NCBI GenBank assembly: GCA_018820995.1
Contig: JAHJNE010000110.1
Coordinates: 1-41,918, forward strand
Direction of reading: 5' to 3'
DNA length: 41,918 nucleotides
Origin: Gammaproteobacteria bacterium
GTDB taxonomy: Bacteria; Pseudomonadota; Gammaproteobacteria; Enterobacterales; Alteromonadaceae
In this document: piece after piece, positions 27,784 to 38,734 of the stretch
Layout: each line of letters begins with the position of its first letter
How positions within the stretch are numbered: the first letter of the stretch is position 1
Position numbers and translations under genes: made by a program
Notes under the pieces: generated by a model
What the model was told of the DNA's origin: nothing
Database searches by the model: none
The model's input: only the letters and a program-made list of their open reading frames with translations

Positions 27784-30180
27784 CTAAACCACATTTTTTT
27801 CGGTTTTTTTCGTTTTTACGCTGCTTTTTTCCACATTTACCACTGACATACCGGTCGGAGGCTCTTGTAACGCAAATTCAAGGACTTGGTCTATCCACTG
27901 TACCGGACAAATTTCAATGTCGCCTTTCACGTTATCAGGGATGTCTTTTAAGTCACGCACGTTGTCATGCGGAATTAAAACACGTTTGATGCCACCACGG
28001 TGCGCCGCCAATAATTTTTCCTTGAGGCCACCGATAGGCAACACTTCACCACGCAAGGTGATTTCACCAGTCATTGCGACATCAGCCCGTACCGGATTCC
28101 CGGTTAATGCGGAAACCAATGCAGTTACCATGGCAATACCTGCACTTGGACCATCTTTTGGTGTCGCACCTTCCGGTACGTGGATATGAATATCACGTTT
28201 TTCGTAGAAATCAGCGTTGATGCGTAAGGTTTCAGCACGGCTTCGAACGACTGTCATCGCCGCCTGAATAGATTCTTTCATCACATCGCCCAGTGAACCG
28301 GTGTGAGTGAGCTTACCTTTACCAACAACGGCCGCTGCTTCGATGGTTAGTAAATCACCACCGACAGAAGTCCAAGCTAAGCCTGTCACCTGACCAATGC
28401 GGTTACTGTCTTCAGCTTTACCATAATCAAAACGTTGTACACCTAAGAACTCTTCTAAATTGTTTTGACTGATCACAACTGTCTTCAGCGTTTTATCAAG
28501 CAAAATTTTCTTCACGGCTTTGCGGCAAAGCTTAGAAATCTCGCGCTCTAAACTACGTACACCCGCTTCACGGGTGTAATACCGAATGATGCCAACAATC
28601 GCACTATCTTCAATGCTGATTTCGCCTTTTTTCAAGCCGTTGCGTTCGATTTGCTTATTAATCAAATGCTGTTTGGCGATATTCAGTTTTTCATCTTCGG
28701 TGTAACCGGCAAGCCGGATCACTTCCATCCGATCGAGCAGCGCATCAGGAATATTCAAACTGTTACTGGTTGCAAAAAACATCACATCCGATAAATCGTA
28801 ATCAACTTCCAGGTAATGATCGCTGAATGCAGAGTTTTGTTCCGGATCTAACACTTCTAACAGCGCTGCCGCTGGATCACCCCGGAAATCAGAGGCCATC
28901 TTGTCGATTTCATCAAGTAAAAATAGCGGGTTACGAACACCTACTTTAGCCATTTTCTGAATGATTTTACCCGGCATTGAACCGATATAAGTACGACGAT
29001 GACCACGAATTTCCGCTTCATCACGCACGCCACCTAACGCCATCCGGACATATTTACGACCGGTCGCTTTGGCAACTGATTGGCCCAGAGAGGTTTTACC
29101 AACGCCCGGAGGTCCAACTAAGCACAGAATTGGGCCTTTTAGTTTATTGACCCGTTGTTGCACTGCGAGATATTCCAAAATGCGTTCTTTGACTTTATCC
29201 AAGCCATAGTGATCCGCGTTAAGGATATCTTCTGCTAATGCTAAATTCTTTTTCACCTTCGAGCGTTGCTTCCAAGGCACCTGCGTCAACCAATCAATGT
29301 ATGAGCGCACTACTGTTGCTTCAGCAGACATTGGCGACATCATTTTAAGCTTACTGAGCTCTGCACTTGCCTTGGTTTTGGCTTCTTCCGGCATTTGCGC
29401 TGTTTCAATTTTACGATTGATGGCTTCAAATTCGTCTGGCGCATCATCCAGCTCACCCAGTTCACGCTGAATGGCCTTCATTTGTTCGTTGAGGTAATAC
29501 TCGCGCTGGCTTTTTTCCATCTGCTTTTTGACACGACCACGAATACGACGTTCGACTTGTAAAATGTCGATTTCGCTTTCCATCATCGCCATCAGGAATT
29601 CAAGTCGCTCGGTAACATCGATGATCTCAAGCACTTTTTGCTTGTCATCAATTTTCAGCGGCATGTGTGCGGCCATGGTGTCCGCGAGACGCGCACCGTC
29701 GTCGATACCTGATAATGCAGTCAGGACTTCCGGCGGAATTTTTTTATTGAGTTTGATGTACCCTTCAAACTGACCGACTGCTGAACGCAGGAACACTTCC
29801 TGTTCACGACTGTCCATGTCAGGTGAAGTGACCACTTCAACATTCGCCATAAAGACATCTTCAGTTTCAGTGAAGTTGACTAATTTAGCGCGTCGTCCAC
29901 CTTCAACCAGTACTTTAACGGTACCGTCAGGGAGCTTAAGTAGCTGCAAAATGGTAGCGACAGTACCGACACGGTACAAGTCCGATTCGGCTGGGTCATC
30001 CAGCGTAGCGTCTTTTTGCGCGACTAAGAAAATTTGCTTTTCGTTGTCCATCGCGGCATCAAGACATTTAATAGATTTCGCCCGCCCGACAAACAATGGA
30101 ATTACCATGTGGGGATAGACGACAACATCGCGTAATGCCAGTACCGGCATATGCAAAAGTTCGACTGTTGCTTCTGTCAT
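27784..30180 (-). CDS. lon: ATP-dependent protease La
   Basis: [17 protein letters not shown], catalytic PKDGPSAG and IGGLKEK motifs. Confidence 0.98.
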   Translation of the reverse strand: MTEATVELLHMPVLALRDVVVYPHMVIPLFVGRAKSIKCLDAAMDNEKQIFLVAQKDATLDDPAESDLYRVGTVATILQLLKLPDGTVKVLVEGGRRAKLVNFTETEDVFMANVEVVTSPDMDSREQEVFLRSAVGQFEGYIKLNKKIPPEVLTALSGIDDGARLADTMAAHMPLKIDDKQKVLEIIDVTERLEFLMAMMESEIDILQVERRIRGRVKKQMEKSQREYYLNEQMKAIQRELGELDDAPDEFEAINRKIETAQMPEEAKTKASAELSKLKMMSPMSAEATVVRSYIDWLTQVPWKQRSKVKKNLALAEDILNADHYGLDKVKERILEYLAVQQRVNKLKGPILCLVGPPGVGKTSLGQSVAKATGRKYVRMALGGVRDEAEIRGHRRTYIGSMPGKIIQKMAKVGVRNPLFLLDEIDKMASDFRGDPAAALLEVLDPEQNSAFSDHYLEVDYDLSDVMFFATSNSLNIPDALLDRMEVIRLAGYTEDEKLNIAKQHLINKQIERNGLKKGEISIEDSAIVGIIRYYTREAGVRSLEREISKLCRKAVKKILLDKTLKTVVISQNNLEEFLGVQRFDYGKAEDSNRIGQVTGLAWTSVGGDLLTIEAAAVVGKGKLTHTGSLGDVMKESIQAAMTVVRSRAETLRINADFYEKRDIHIHVPEGATPKDGPSAGIAMVTALVSALTGNPVRADVAMTGEITLRGEVLPIGGLKEKLLAAHRGGIKRVLIPHDNVRDLKDIPDNVKGDIEICPVQWIDQVLEFALQEPPTGMSVVNVEKSSVKTKKTEKNVV

Positions 30181-30224
30181 TCAATCTCTCTCGAATTAGT
30201 TACTGCAGGCGTGAATATCTCAGT

Positions 30225-30252
30225 ATATGGGGTCAGGATCTGACACTTCAAT
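30225..30252 (-). promoter_or_regulatory. Sigma32 heat-shock promoter of lon
   Basis: Minus strand TTGAAG-TGTCAGATCCTGA-CCCCATAT. Confidence 0.85.
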
Positions 30253-30402
30253 GCACCGAATGAAAAAATGCTGGCAAAACATTGGGGTTTGCTGCGTTAC
30301 CTCCAGTGTTTTATCGCGATTTGCTCTGGTTACACAAAGGCACTATCCATTTGAGGTTAACATACGATAGTTTTACAGATATTGTTCTGTCAGCAAAGGA
30401 TC

Positions 30403-30428
30403 AAAAAAGGAGCCGAAGCTCCTTTTTT
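30403..30428. terminator. Intrinsic terminator of clpX (symmetric, bidirectional)
   Basis: AAAAAAGGAGC-CGAA-GCTCCTTTTTT; UUCG loop on the minus strand. Confidence 0.9.
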
Positions 30429-30435
30429 CTTTAGT

Positions 30436-31716
30436 TTAGTGGGATTCTGCCACAGCTTTTTCAGGATTTTCATAAATCATGATTGGCTGGGATTCACCAC
30501 GAATGACTGTTTCATCAATCACTACTTTACTGACGTCCTGCAAAGACGGCAGTTCATACATGGTATCGAGTAACACACCTTCCAGAATCGACCGCAAACC
30601 ACGAGCACCGGTTTTACGTTCCATCGCTTTTTGTGCGATAGCTTTTAATGCGTCTTCGCGGAATTCCAGTTCAACATCTTCCATCTGGAACAACGCGGCA
30701 AACTGTTTCACCAGCGCATTTTTAGGCTGACTTAAAATTTGCATTAACGCGGCAAGATCCAGTTCAGTCAATGTTGCCAGAACCGGTAACCGACCAATAA
30801 ATTCAGGGATTAAACCAAACTTAACCAAATCTTCCGGTTCTACATCACGGAAACTTTCAGTGATTGAACGGTTGGTTTCTTTGCTTTTTACTTCGGCGCC
30901 AAAACCAATACTGGACCCTTTGGCGCTACGTTGTTCGATAATCTTATCAAGGCCAGCAAAAGCGCCACCACAGATAAACAGAATCTTCGACGTATCCACT
31001 TGCAGGAACTCCTGCTGCGGATGTTTGCGACCACCTTGAGGCGGAACTGACGCAATGGTGCCTTCAATCAGTTTTAACAGCGCTTGCTGCACACCTTCAC
31101 CTGACACGTCACGTGTGATTGAAGGGTTTTCAGATTTACGCGAAATTTTGTCAATTTCATCAATATACACAATACCGCGTTGCGCTTTCTCTACATCGTA
31201 ATCGCACTTTTGCAATAATTTCTGGATGATGTTTTCCACATCTTCACCGACGTAACCGGCCTCAGTTAAGGTCGTTGCATCAGCCATTGTGAAAGGCACA
31301 TCTAGCAGTCGAGCTAACGTTTCCGCAAGAAGTGTTTTACCGCTACCGGTAGGGCCAATCAACAAAATGTTACTTTTTCCAAGCTCAACATCTTGTTTGT
31401 GGCTGCTGGTACGCAAACGTTTGTAGTGATTGTACACTGCAACGGCCAATACTTTTTTCGCATGTTCCTGACCAATGACATAGTCATCCAAATGCGTGCG
31501 GATTTCGCGTGGCGTCGGCAATTTATTACCATCGCGTTTTGGCGAAATATCTTTTATTTCTTCCCGGATAATGTCATTGCATAGGTCAACGCATTCATCA
31601 CAGATATACACCTGTGGACCTGCGATCAACTTACGCACTTCGTGCTGTGATTTGCCACAAAACGAGCAATACAACAATTTGCTGTTTTTGTCGCCGTCAG
31701 TGCGGTGATCAGACAT
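30436..31716 (-). CDS. clpX: ATP-dependent Clp protease ATPase subunit
   Basis: Zn finger CSFCGK...[16 protein letters not shown] and IGF loop; start MSDHR after GAGG. Confidence 0.98.
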   Translation of the reverse strand: MSDHRTDGDKNSKLLYCSFCGKSQHEVRKLIAGPQVYICDECVDLCNDIIREEIKDISPKRDGNKLPTPREIRTHLDDYVIGQEHAKKVLAVAVYNHYKRLRTSSHKQDVELGKSNILLIGPTGSGKTLLAETLARLLDVPFTMADATTLTEAGYVGEDVENIIQKLLQKCDYDVEKAQRGIVYIDEIDKISRKSENPSITRDVSGEGVQQALLKLIEGTIASVPPQGGRKHPQQEFLQVDTSKILFICGGAFAGLDKIIEQRSAKGSSIGFGAEVKSKETNRSITESFRDVEPEDLVKFGLIPEFIGRLPVLATLTELDLAALMQILSQPKNALVKQFAALFQMEDVELEFREDALKAIAQKAMERKTGARGLRSILEGVLLDTMYELPSLQDVSKVVIDETVIRGESQPIMIYENPEKAVAESH

Positions 31717-31938
31717 GGAACTACCTCTTTCGCGTTGCAGCGGTCGTTTCCTTCCGACCACCGCCAATTCAATTATCAGGCGCAGTGCACCTTATCAAGT
31801 GTCCGCCGCGCTTTTACAACATCCGTTCGAACAAGACACTGGGGAGATCAGACGGCGTATCCAAACAGTTTAGTGCAAAACCATTCAGTTAAACAAAGTA
31901 ACGTCTTCAAGTATCACTGCGTCTTGCTGGTCAGAAAA

Positions 31939-32562
31939 TTATTTCGCTTCGCTTTTAACAAAGATGGTGTCAACCAGACCGTATTCCAAGGCTTGTTGCG
32001 CACTTAAAAAATTATCGCGCTCGGTGCCACTGATAATCTCTTCATAAGATTTGCCGGTGTGCTCAGCCATCAAACGGTTTAATTTTTCTTTAATGGTCAG
32101 AATTTCTCGGGCATGGATTTCAAAGTCAGTTGCCTGGCCTTGGAAGCCACCCAATGGTTGGTGGATCATTACCCGGGCGTTTGGCAGACAGTAGCGTTTA
32201 CCTTTAGTACCACCCGATAACAAAAATGCGCCCATACTCGCAGCCTGACCCACACACACGGTGGCGATATCACATTTGATATAGCGCATGGTGTCATAAA
32301 TGGCGAGGCCGGCAGTCACAGAACCACCTGGTGAGTTGATATAGATGTAGATGTCTTTTTCCGGATTCTCAGATTCAAGGAACAACAACTGCGCCACAAT
32401 CAAATTGGCCATGTGATCTTCAACCTGACCTGTCAGGAAAATCACCCGCTCTTTGAGCAAGCGTGAGTAGATATCAAAAGAGCGCTCACCCTTAGCCGTC
32501 TGCTCAATAACAATCGGTACTAATGCATTCACTAATTCATTCATATTTTGGTTTAACACCAT
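31939..32562 (-). CDS. clpP: Clp protease proteolytic subunit
   Basis: [25 protein letters not shown] and MIHQP motifs. Exact start uncertain (GTG 32562 or a downstream ATG). Confidence 0.97.
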   Translation of the reverse strand: MVLNQNMNELVNALVPIVIEQTAKGERSFDIYSRLLKERVIFLTGQVEDHMANLIVAQLLFLESENPEKDIYIYINSPGGSVTAGLAIYDTMRYIKCDIATVCVGQAASMGAFLLSGGTKGKRYCLPNARVMIHQPLGGFQGQATDFEIHAREILTIKEKLNRLMAEHTGKSYEEIISGTERDNFLSAQQALEYGLVDTIFVKSEAK

Positions 32563-32591
32563 CAGCTGGATCCCCTGGGAAAATGCGGCAG

Positions 32592-32628
32592 AAAATAAAA
32601 TGGCCCGAACACTGCTGCCCGAGCCATT
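32592..32628 (-). terminator. Intrinsic terminator after tig
   Basis: AATGGCTCGGGC-AGCAGT-GTTCGGGCCATT followed by TTATTTT. Confidence 0.75.
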
Positions 32629-32656
32629 AAAACCGTCTAACTAAGCAAAGTCAATG

Positions 32657-33967
32657 TTAGTTGGCAGCTTGTGGATTCATAATTTCGTCGAACTTAGCAG
32701 CTTGCTCAGTGACTTTCGCTTGCGCCAGTACTAAGTCAATTGCCTGCTCTTCTAAAGCCACGTTGCGCATACCCTGTAACAGCTCTTTGTTGCTGTTGTA
32801 ATACTGCACAACTTCTTGCGGATCTTCGTACGCAGAAGCGATAGTCGCAATCAGTGCCTGGACGCGGCTGTCATCAACTTGCAGGTTGTTAGTTTTAATC
32901 ACTTCACCTAACAACAAGCCAACTTTTACACGGTCACGAGCTTGGTCAGCAAACAATGTAGCTGGCAGTTCAGGCAGGTTTTTCGCATCAACGTTGTTAC
33001 CAAAACGCTGCAGCGCTTGACGACGTAATACGTCAACTTCGCTTTCGATCAGTGCTTGTGGCACGTCCAGCTCGTGATTTGCCAGCAAGCCTTTGATCAC
33101 TTGCTCTTTTACCTTGCCTTTAATCGCTTGGTTCAGTTCGCGTTCCATGTTTTTGCGTACTTCAGCATGCAGCGCTTCAACAGTCGTTTCAGCTAAACCA
33201 AACAGTTTTACGAATTCATCATTCACTTCTGGCAACACTTGCGTCTCAACTGACTGCAATGTGATAGCGAACTGAGCCGCTTTGCCTTTTAAGTTTTCAG
33301 CGTGGTATTCAGCTGGGAAAGTCACGTCGATAGTGAATTGCTCGCCAGCTTTTTTGCCAATGATGCCGTCTTCAAAACCCGGGATCATCCGGCCTTGACC
33401 TAAGTCCAGGCTGAAACCTTCGGCTTTGCCACCTTCAAACTCTTCACCGTCAACCGAACCTACAAAGTCCATGGTCACACGGTCACCAGCAGCAGCGGCG
33501 CTTTCTGAAGCAGCCCAGGTTGCATGTTGCTTACGCAGAGTGACAATCATTTTTTCCATGTCTTCAGTTGAAATTTCAACTGTTGGCTTGGTGACTTCAA
33601 CTTTGCTTAAACCGTTTAATTCAACTTCTGGATACACTTCGAAAGTGGCAGAAAATTCCAGATCTTTGCCTTCAGCCAGTTGGCCCGGAGCAAAAGTTGG
33701 TGCACCGGCTGGAGTCAATTTGTTAGCGATAATCGCTTGATAGAAATGATTTTGCATCTGGCGTGATGCGACGTCTTGCAGTACTGACAGACCAAACATT
33801 TTTTTGATCATGCCAACTGGCGCTTTGCCTGGACGAAAACCGTCGATACGACGATTTTTTGCAATTTGGCGGAGTTCTTTATCTACTTCAGTGCTGATTG
33901 CAGCGGCTGGAACCGTGATGTTAATACGGCGCTCTAAACCCTGGGTGGTTTCAACAGAAACTTGCAT
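32657..33967 (-). CDS. tig: Trigger factor
   Basis: [22 protein letters not shown] and FKBP domain GRMIPGFE. Confidence 0.98.
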   Translation of the reverse strand: MQVSVETTQGLERRINITVPAAAISTEVDKELRQIAKNRRIDGFRPGKAPVGMIKKMFGLSVLQDVASRQMQNHFYQAIIANKLTPAGAPTFAPGQLAEGKDLEFSATFEVYPEVELNGLSKVEVTKPTVEISTEDMEKMIVTLRKQHATWAASESAAAAGDRVTMDFVGSVDGEEFEGGKAEGFSLDLGQGRMIPGFEDGIIGKKAGEQFTIDVTFPAEYHAENLKGKAAQFAITLQSVETQVLPEVNDEFVKLFGLAETTVEALHAEVRKNMERELNQAIKGKVKEQVIKGLLANHELDVPQALIESEVDVLRRQALQRFGNNVDAKNLPELPATLFADQARDRVKVGLLLGEVIKTNNLQVDDSRVQALIATIASAYEDPQEVVQYYNSNKELLQGMRNVALEEQAIDLVLAQAKVTEQAAKFDEIMNPQAAN

Positions 33968-34075
33968 CTTGTTACCTCAAAATCAAAAACGGGCGTGGGG
34001 TTTACGCCATCATGCTTAAATCTGGGATGTTTCGCTTACGCAGCACTCGTCAACCAGATCCATAGTTAAATAGGA

Positions 34076-34110
34076 CGCGGCATTATAGCGAGGGTTTTGG
34101 ACGACGTCGA
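34076..34110 (-). promoter_or_regulatory. Sigma70 promoter of tig with GC-rich discriminator
   Basis: TCGACG-17 bp-TATAAT-GCCGCG on the minus strand. Confidence 0.75.
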
Positions 34111-34167
34111 GCATTTGATTAAAATCCAGTATTGGCGCGGCTTAGAGCGCTGTTTTGACGAGTTTTT

Positions 34168-34659
34168 TCAGTCTTTTTTATCACGATTGACGGTCATGAG
34201 TTGCTTCACTAGCAACCAACGCGGCTCATCTTTGCCGTAGTAATCTTCGTGGTATTGGTGCTGGATAAATCCCGATTTTTTATATAAATGTAATGCGGAT
34301 TGATTGTCCGGCGCCACCGTCAGCCAAAGTTGTTCCGTTTGTGCCGGGCAATGCTGCAATAAATATTGCAACAGTGCCTGACCAACGCCTAAACCACGGC
34401 TTTGCTGTGATACGGCTAACGACATAATCCCGATGCTTTTGGAACCTTGCTGACCAGGCGCAGCTAACAAATATCCGAGCAACTGTTCACCCTTCCAGGC
34501 GAGGATTAAGTAATCTGGCCATAAATCATGCGCTTGCCGGAAAAAGAATTCGGGATATACCGCGCTGGTAAACACTTGACGCTCCAATTCAGCGACCAAG
34601 GATAGTTCTTGTAGACTTGCTGGCCGTATCACAACCGGGTTGCTTTTGTTTATGCTCAT
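34168..34659 (-). CDS. GNAT family N-acetyltransferase (RimI-like)
   Basis: Motif A SLAVSQQSRGLGVGQALL, motif B LTVAPDNQSALHLYKKSGF, and DYYG. Start estimated at MSINKS. Confidence 0.88.
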   Translation of the reverse strand: MSINKSNPVVIRPASLQELSLVAELERQVFTSAVYPEFFFRQAHDLWPDYLILAWKGEQLLGYLLAAPGQQGSKSIGIMSLAVSQQSRGLGVGQALLQYLLQHCPAQTEQLWLTVAPDNQSALHLYKKSGFIQHQYHEDYYGKDEPRWLLVKQLMTVNRDKKD

Positions 34660-34895
34660 ACGTGAATCACCGCTCCTTGCCACTTTTATCAAACCAGTGT
34701 ACCGAAATGCCAGCCGAATCGCCAAATTCAGAATGAGCAAAATCGACGATCTAGTAGAGCTATCAGCGCAATAACAATGGGGTCGAACCAGCTTTGCAGC
34801 TATTGTTCAAGCTGCTATGGTGCTAGCTTCTAACGACAAAGTGTTTAGTTACGCACTTAAGTTTTTTCTTTGATTCAATTGAAGCTGTTATAGAT

Positions 34896-35633
34896 ATGCC
34901 AATAGATTTAAATGCCGACATCGGCGAAGGTTTTGATGATGCGGCAATCGTCCCCTGGTTGTCGTCTGCGAATATTAGTTGCGGCGCGCATGCCGGTTCT
35001 GAAATTGAAATCCGCCAAGCAATGCGACTTTGCAAACAACATCAGGTAGCAGTGGGTGCGCACCCTTCTTACCCTGATCGTGAGCATTTTGGTCGGATTG
35101 CCATCGAGATCACTCTGGACGAACTGACGGAAAGTCTGACTCAACAACTGGATTTTTTTCTGCAGCTGGCGGCCGATGAAGGTGTGTCGGTCCGTCACAT
35201 CAAGGCGCATGGCGCACTATACAATACCGCAGCACAAGGTAACTCAACCGGCGTTTTGTTACTGCAACTTGCCAATCTTTATCAATTGCCGCTGATGACA
35301 CTGGCGCATAGCCCGCTGCATCAGCAAGCTCAACAACAAAATATCCCGGTTATTGCTGAAGCATTTGCCGATCGCACCTACCAAGCCAACGGCCAGTTAG
35401 TTTCTCGCGCACAGCCTGGCGCGTTACTCGATACGCCCGCAGCTATCACGCAAAGCTTAGGATTAGTAAAGCATCATCAAATACAAGCCATCAGTGGCGA
35501 AGTGATTTCGCTTCATGCTGAAAGCCTATGTTTACATGGGGACAGCCCGCAAGCAGTTTTGTTAGCGCGGGATTTGCATCAGGCGTTGCTTGCACAAGAC
35601 GTTGTTATTCAACCTAAATCATTTAAACCTTAA
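34896..35633 (+). CDS. pxpA: 5-oxoprolinase subunit A (LamB/YcsF family)
   Basis: IDLNADIGEG, SANISCGAHAG, GAHPSYPDREHFGR, HIKAHGALYN, EAFADR and LCLHGD motifs. Confidence 0.93.
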   Translation: MPIDLNADIGEGFDDAAIVPWLSSANISCGAHAGSEIEIRQAMRLCKQHQVAVGAHPSYPDREHFGRIAIEITLDELTESLTQQLDFFLQLAADEGVSVRHIKAHGALYNTAAQGNSTGVLLLQLANLYQLPLMTLAHSPLHQQAQQQNIPVIAEAFADRTYQANGQLVSRAQPGALLDTPAAITQSLGLVKHHQIQAISGEVISLHAESLCLHGDSPQAVLLARDLHQALLAQDVVIQPKSFKP

Positions 35634-35648
35634 CCCGTTAGAGGCTCC

Positions 35649-36377
35649 ATGGACGCAGTAAATTTATGGCCACTCCTTGGCATCGGTGTCGTGATGCTCG
35701 GTTTTTTACTCAAATTTAACCCGGTGTTAGTAGTGTTGGTTGCCGGCATTGTCACCGGTCTTGCTGCATTGATGCCAATGCGTGAAATTCTGGTTCAGCT
35801 GGGGCAAGGTTTTCTAAAAACCCGTACCCTGCCGGTCATTTTGTTACTGCCATTGGCGGTGATCGGGCTCGCCGAACGCCACGGTCTGAAACAACAAGCA
35901 CAAAATTTTATCCGAAATCTAAAAGGGGCAACGGTCGGTCGCTTGCTTACCGTGTATCTTGCAGCGCGCGAAATAACAGCAGCACTGGGCTTAACGAGCC
36001 TCGGCGGTCATCCACAAATGGTAAGACCGTTATTGTCACCCATGGCAGAAGCGCTCGCCGAGCAGCGCTGGCCGAGCATCCCGGAACGCCTGCGCGAAAA
36101 AGTGAAAGCGATGTCGGCTGCAACTGACAATATCGGTTTGTTTTTTGGCGAAGATATCTTTGTCGCTTTTGGCGCTATTGTGCTGATGCACACTTTTTTG
36201 CGTGAGTCTGGTGTTGAAACCAACCCACTGCATATCGCACTTTGGGGCATTCCAACAGCTTTGTGCGCCTTTGCGATTCACGCCTATCGATTGCAGCGGA
36301 TGGATCAGACTCTGCGCCGGTTGCAAGCTGTTCAACTAGCGGCAGTTTCGACAACACAACCGGTGGAAAGAGCATGA
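35649..36377 (+). CDS. DUF969 membrane protein (putative 5-oxoproline transporter subunit)
   Basis: FNPVLVV, ERHGLK, LGGHPQMVRPL and DNIGLFFGED motifs; pxpA/pcp context. Confidence 0.85.
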   Translation: MDAVNLWPLLGIGVVMLGFLLKFNPVLVVLVAGIVTGLAALMPMREILVQLGQGFLKTRTLPVILLLPLAVIGLAERHGLKQQAQNFIRNLKGATVGRLLTVYLAAREITAALGLTSLGGHPQMVRPLLSPMAEALAEQRWPSIPERLREKVKAMSAATDNIGLFFGEDIFVAFGAIVLMHTFLRESGVETNPLHIALWGIPTALCAFAIHAYRLQRMDQTLRRLQAVQLAAVSTTQPVERA

Positions 36378-37324
36378 TCTCCTTATCTTTTCTATACATT
36401 CTGGTCGGCTTAATTCTACTCTGGACCGCAATTTTAACGCTGTTAAACAAACAACAACCCAGGCGTGTTGCGTCTGCCGCGTTTTGGGGTTGTTATGCAC
36501 TGGTATTTTTAATCGGTGATTATCTGCCACCTGAAGTTGTTGGATTGATGGTGGTGATGCTGGCCATATTGGCTGGTTTTGGTGCACTCAGCAGCGCAGT
36601 CCCTCAACTATTATCCGCCGACAAACTGCAGCAGTCTCTCAACCGCATTGGAAAAAAAATCTTCTTACCCGCACTTTTGATCCCGATCATGACGGTGTTT
36701 GGCGTGTTGGTGTTAAGTCAGATTGGCAATGACAACTGGCAGTTACTGGATCCAAAAAACCTCACCTTGGTCAGTCTCGGTATTGCTTGCATCATCGCTT
36801 TTATCGCCGCTTGTGTGATCACCCGCGAAAGCCCGGTGCAAGGAGGGATCGAATCCAAGCGCTTGCTAGAAGCAATGGGCTGGGCGGTTTTATTGCCACA
36901 ACTATTGGCAACTCTGGGTTTGTTGTTTAATAACGCCGGCGTCGGTCATGCAATTGCGGTTTTAACTGAGACTTATTTGGCCGTTGATCACAAACTGATT
37001 GCCGCTGCCACCTATGCGATCGCGATGGCGCTGTTTACGATGATTATGGGCAATGCCTTTGCCGCATTTCCGGTGATTACTGCCGGCATTGGTATTCCTG
37101 TGCTTATGCTGCAACATGGCGCCAACCCAGCCGTTGTCGCTGCGATTGGCATGTTTTGCGGTTATTGCGGTACGTTGATGACGCCAATGGCGGCAAATTT
37201 TAATATGGTGCCAGCGGCGTTACTGGAATTAAAAGATCAACATGCGGTGATTAAAGCCCAAACACCAACCGCACTTACTTTGTTGATATGTAACATTTTC
37301 CTTTTGTACTTTTTAGCCTTTTAG
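36374..37324 (+). CDS. DUF979 membrane protein (putative 5-oxoproline transporter subunit)
   Basis: LPQLLATLG, MIMGNAFAAFPV and GYCGTLMTPMAANFNMVPAALLE motifs; ATGA overlap with the DUF969 gene. Confidence 0.85.
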   Translation: MISLSFLYILVGLILLWTAILTLLNKQQPRRVASAAFWGCYALVFLIGDYLPPEVVGLMVVMLAILAGFGALSSAVPQLLSADKLQQSLNRIGKKIFLPALLIPIMTVFGVLVLSQIGNDNWQLLDPKNLTLVSLGIACIIAFIAACVITRESPVQGGIESKRLLEAMGWAVLLPQLLATLGLLFNNAGVGHAIAVLTETYLAVDHKLIAAATYAIAMALFTMIMGNAFAAFPVITAGIGIPVLMLQHGANPAVVAAIGMFCGYCGTLMTPMAANFNMVPAALLELKDQHAVIKAQTPTALTLLICNIFLLYFLAF

Positions 37325-37362
37325 CAGGGAGTTCCCTGCGCTGATCTAAGCGAGTAAGCCTT

Positions 37363-38007
37363 ATGCAACAAATACTGCTGACCGGTTTTGAACCCTTTGC
37401 CGGCGAAGCCAGCAACCCGTCCTGGGATGCGATACAACAACTGGATGGCTGGCGACCCGACGCAGAAACCATAGTCCGTGCCCGAAAACTCCCGTGCGTG
37501 TTTGGACACAGTTTACAAGTGCTTGAAGCTGAACTCAGCGCACTTCAACCGGTTCTGGTGATAGCCGTGGGTCAGGCCGGTGGCCGGACTTGTTTTAGTT
37601 TGGAAAAAGTGGCGATTAATTACAACGATGCCCGTATCCCCGACAACTCAGGCCAACAACCTGTCGCAACCACGACCGACGACGCCGGTCCAGCCGCCTA
37701 TTTTAGTAGCTTACCGCTGAAACATATTGTGCAGAAGGCGCGCCAACAAGGCATTCCGGCGGAAGTATCATTCAGCGCCGGTACCTTCGTTTGTAATCAT
37801 GTTTTTTATGGATTAATGCATCAAGTGGTGAAAACGCCCAAAGTGCGTGCCGGTTTTATTCATATTCCCTATAGCCCGCAACAGGCCAGTCGCCATCAAA
37901 CGGCCAGTATGAGTTTGGATTTAGTCGTTGCTGCGTTAAAAATCAGTATTGAAGTTAGTTTGTTGCAACAGCCCGATCTTCAACTGGCAATGGGGCAGCT
38001 GGATTAA
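37363..38007 (+). CDS. pcp: Pyroglutamyl-peptidase I
   Basis: ILLTGFEPFAGEASNPSW; catalytic Glu (SLEKVAIN), Cys (AGTFVCN) and His (GFIHIP). Confidence 0.96.
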   Translation: MQQILLTGFEPFAGEASNPSWDAIQQLDGWRPDAETIVRARKLPCVFGHSLQVLEAELSALQPVLVIAVGQAGGRTCFSLEKVAINYNDARIPDNSGQQPVATTTDDAGPAAYFSSLPLKHIVQKARQQGIPAEVSFSAGTFVCNHVFYGLMHQVVKTPKVRAGFIHIPYSPQQASRHQTASMSLDLVVAALKISIEVSLLQQPDLQLAMGQLD

Positions 38008-38734
38008 CCAATGGTGCCATAGCGCCCTTTGTTTGCAGGCTGAGAAGCTCTGACACCGTGACAAAACGAAATCCTCGTTTTTTCAATCCTCGGATAATGG
38101 CCGGCACCGCTTGCATTGTTATTGAGCGGCTGTCGTACATGACGTGAAGTAAAATAATCGAGCCTTTTTTGGCTTGTTCGACCGTATATTGTGCCAGGAG
38201 CTCCGGGTTTTCTGCGAGTTGTGGGACGCTTTCCGGTGCGACATCCCAAGTCACCGCGACCCTTTGATGCTTTTGAAGATAACGCGGCAACATCCACAAT
38301 TTTCTGCCATAAGGCGGCCGAAAATAAACCGGTTCAGGTACACCAGCGTCTTTAAGTAACGTATCCGTTTGCTCAATTTCCTTGGCAATAAAATTAGTTG
38401 TTTTAAATATCAACCGCTGATGGCTGTAACTATGATTGCCAACCTGATGACCGGCAGCGAGAATTTTTTGCACTAAATGGGGATTGGCTGCAACGTCGGC
38501 GCCGGTTAAGAAAAATGTCGCAGCGATATGTTCTTTTGCCAGAACGTGTAAAATTTGTTCGGTTTTTTCTGGTGTTGGCCCGTCATCAAAAGTAAGCGCA
38601 ACAAGAGGTTCCGTGGTTTCAACACGATGGATTAAAGTTCCAAATAGCTGAAAATCTGCCTGGCTAGATAACCGCCAAAGTGCAGCGGAGCTGAACAGGA
38701 CAAACACCAACAGCAACATTGCCTTGATTTGCAT
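37955..38734 (-). CDS. Polysaccharide deacetylase (CE4/NodB family) with N-terminal signal or anchor
   Basis: ALTFDDGP, GNHSYSH, FRPPYG and IILLH motifs. Start estimated at MQIKAML. Confidence 0.9.
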   Translation of the reverse strand: MQIKAMLLLVFVLFSSAALWRLSSQADFQLFGTLIHRVETTEPLVALTFDDGPTPEKTEQILHVLAKEHIAATFFLTGADVAANPHLVQKILAAGHQVGNHSYSHQRLIFKTTNFIAKEIEQTDTLLKDAGVPEPVYFRPPYGRKLWMLPRYLQKHQRVAVTWDVAPESVPQLAENPELLAQYTVEQAKKGSIILLHVMYDSRSITMQAVPAIIRGLKKRGFRFVTVSELLSLQTKGAMAPLVNPAAPLPVEDRAVATN

